Assembly (NCBI GenBank): GCA_950097015.1
Contig: CATNEN010000008.1
Coordinates: 682,001-746,000 of the forward strand
DNA from: Macrostomum hystrix
Taxonomy: Eukaryota > Animalia > Platyhelminthes
Direction: 5' to 3'
DNA length: 64,000 bases
The notes under the pieces were generated by a model that had not been told where the DNA came from, ran no database searches, and saw only the letters and a program-made list of their open reading frames with translations. Shown piece after piece: positions 63,393-64,000 of the stretch. The position numbers were made by a program, and so were the translations under genes. The number at the start of each line of letters is the position of its first letter. Positions within the stretch are counted from its first letter, which is position 1.

Positions 63393-63770
63393 TAACCCTG
63401 TCTAACAGGTCCATAATCCTGCCTAACAGGTCCATAACCCTGTCTAACAGGTCCATAACCCTGTCTAACAGGTCCATAACCCTGTCTAACAGGTCAATAA
63501 CCCTGTCTAACAGGTCCATAACCCTGTCTAACAGGTCCATAACCCTGTCTAACAGGTCCATAATCCTGCCTAACAGGTCCATAACCCTGTCTAACAGGTC
63601 AATAACCCTGTCTAACAGGTCCATAACCCTGTCTAACAGGTCCATAACCCTGTCTAACAGGTCCATAACCCTGTCTAACAGGTCCATAACCCTGTCTAAC
63701 AGGTCCATAACCCTGTCTAACAGGTCCATAACCTATTTAACAGGTGTATAACCTGTCTAACAGGTCCCTG
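63393..63770. repeat. 21-bp minisatellite (ctaacaggtccataaccctgt)n
   Basis: Tandem repetition. Confidence 0.94.
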
Positions 63771-63978
63771 ACCTTGTCTAGTTCTAGACCAGTCACTTGT
63801 CTAACAATAAACCGTAGATTTCTATCACGTGATTACCTAATTAAACTTATAAGACGAGTTTTAAATTTTATATTTGCCTAAAATGCGATCGGCTGTGTTT
63901 TGAGTTTTGAGTTCGAGCTTGAGGTTTTCATTTCATCTCATAATCGAATGCGTACATTATATACTTTCCGATTTGCAG

Positions 63979-63990
63979 AAAAATTCTATG
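63979..63990 (+). CDS. Putative 12-nt phase-1/phase-1 micro-exon of the guanylyl cyclase
   Basis: tactttccgatttgcag|AAAAATTCTATG|gtaaga; frame-preserving, at the window edge. Confidence 0.35.
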
Positions 63991-64000
63991 GTAAGAACTT

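Overview
Eukaryotic (metazoan invertebrate) genomic DNA with GT-AG introns that are almost all filled by private mini/microsatellites. The style is consistent with a free-living flatworm such as Macrostomum (inference only, not verified). Left to right: an AT-rich 164-bp satellite array with an internal inversion (1-3913); a compact intronless secreted-peptide gene (-) and an intronless 2-TM protein gene (+) arranged head-to-head; two tRNA-derived SINE families; a divergent ETS-domain gene (-); Rab5 (+, two coding exons); and, from 29377 to the window end, a natriuretic-peptide-receptor-type guanylyl cyclase locus. The main result concerns this locus. It has FOUR highly divergent N-terminal ectodomain cassettes in tandem (A 29377-37082, B 39853-40654, C 46432-48613, D 50873-56749), each with its own ATG and signal peptide and each ending at a phase-1 GT donor. 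Only ONE downstream set of constant exons follows (VVLC exon at 59726, rest of ectodomain, TM, kinase-homology domain), and it begins in phase 1. This is a protocadherin/UGT1A-like variable-exon/constant-exon design applied to a receptor guanylyl cyclase; the splicing itself is inferred and needs RNA evidence. No CRISPR array, rRNA or convincing functional tRNA gene was found. Most long ORFs in the supplied track are repeat translations. Repeat boundaries and copy numbers are approximate, read by eye.
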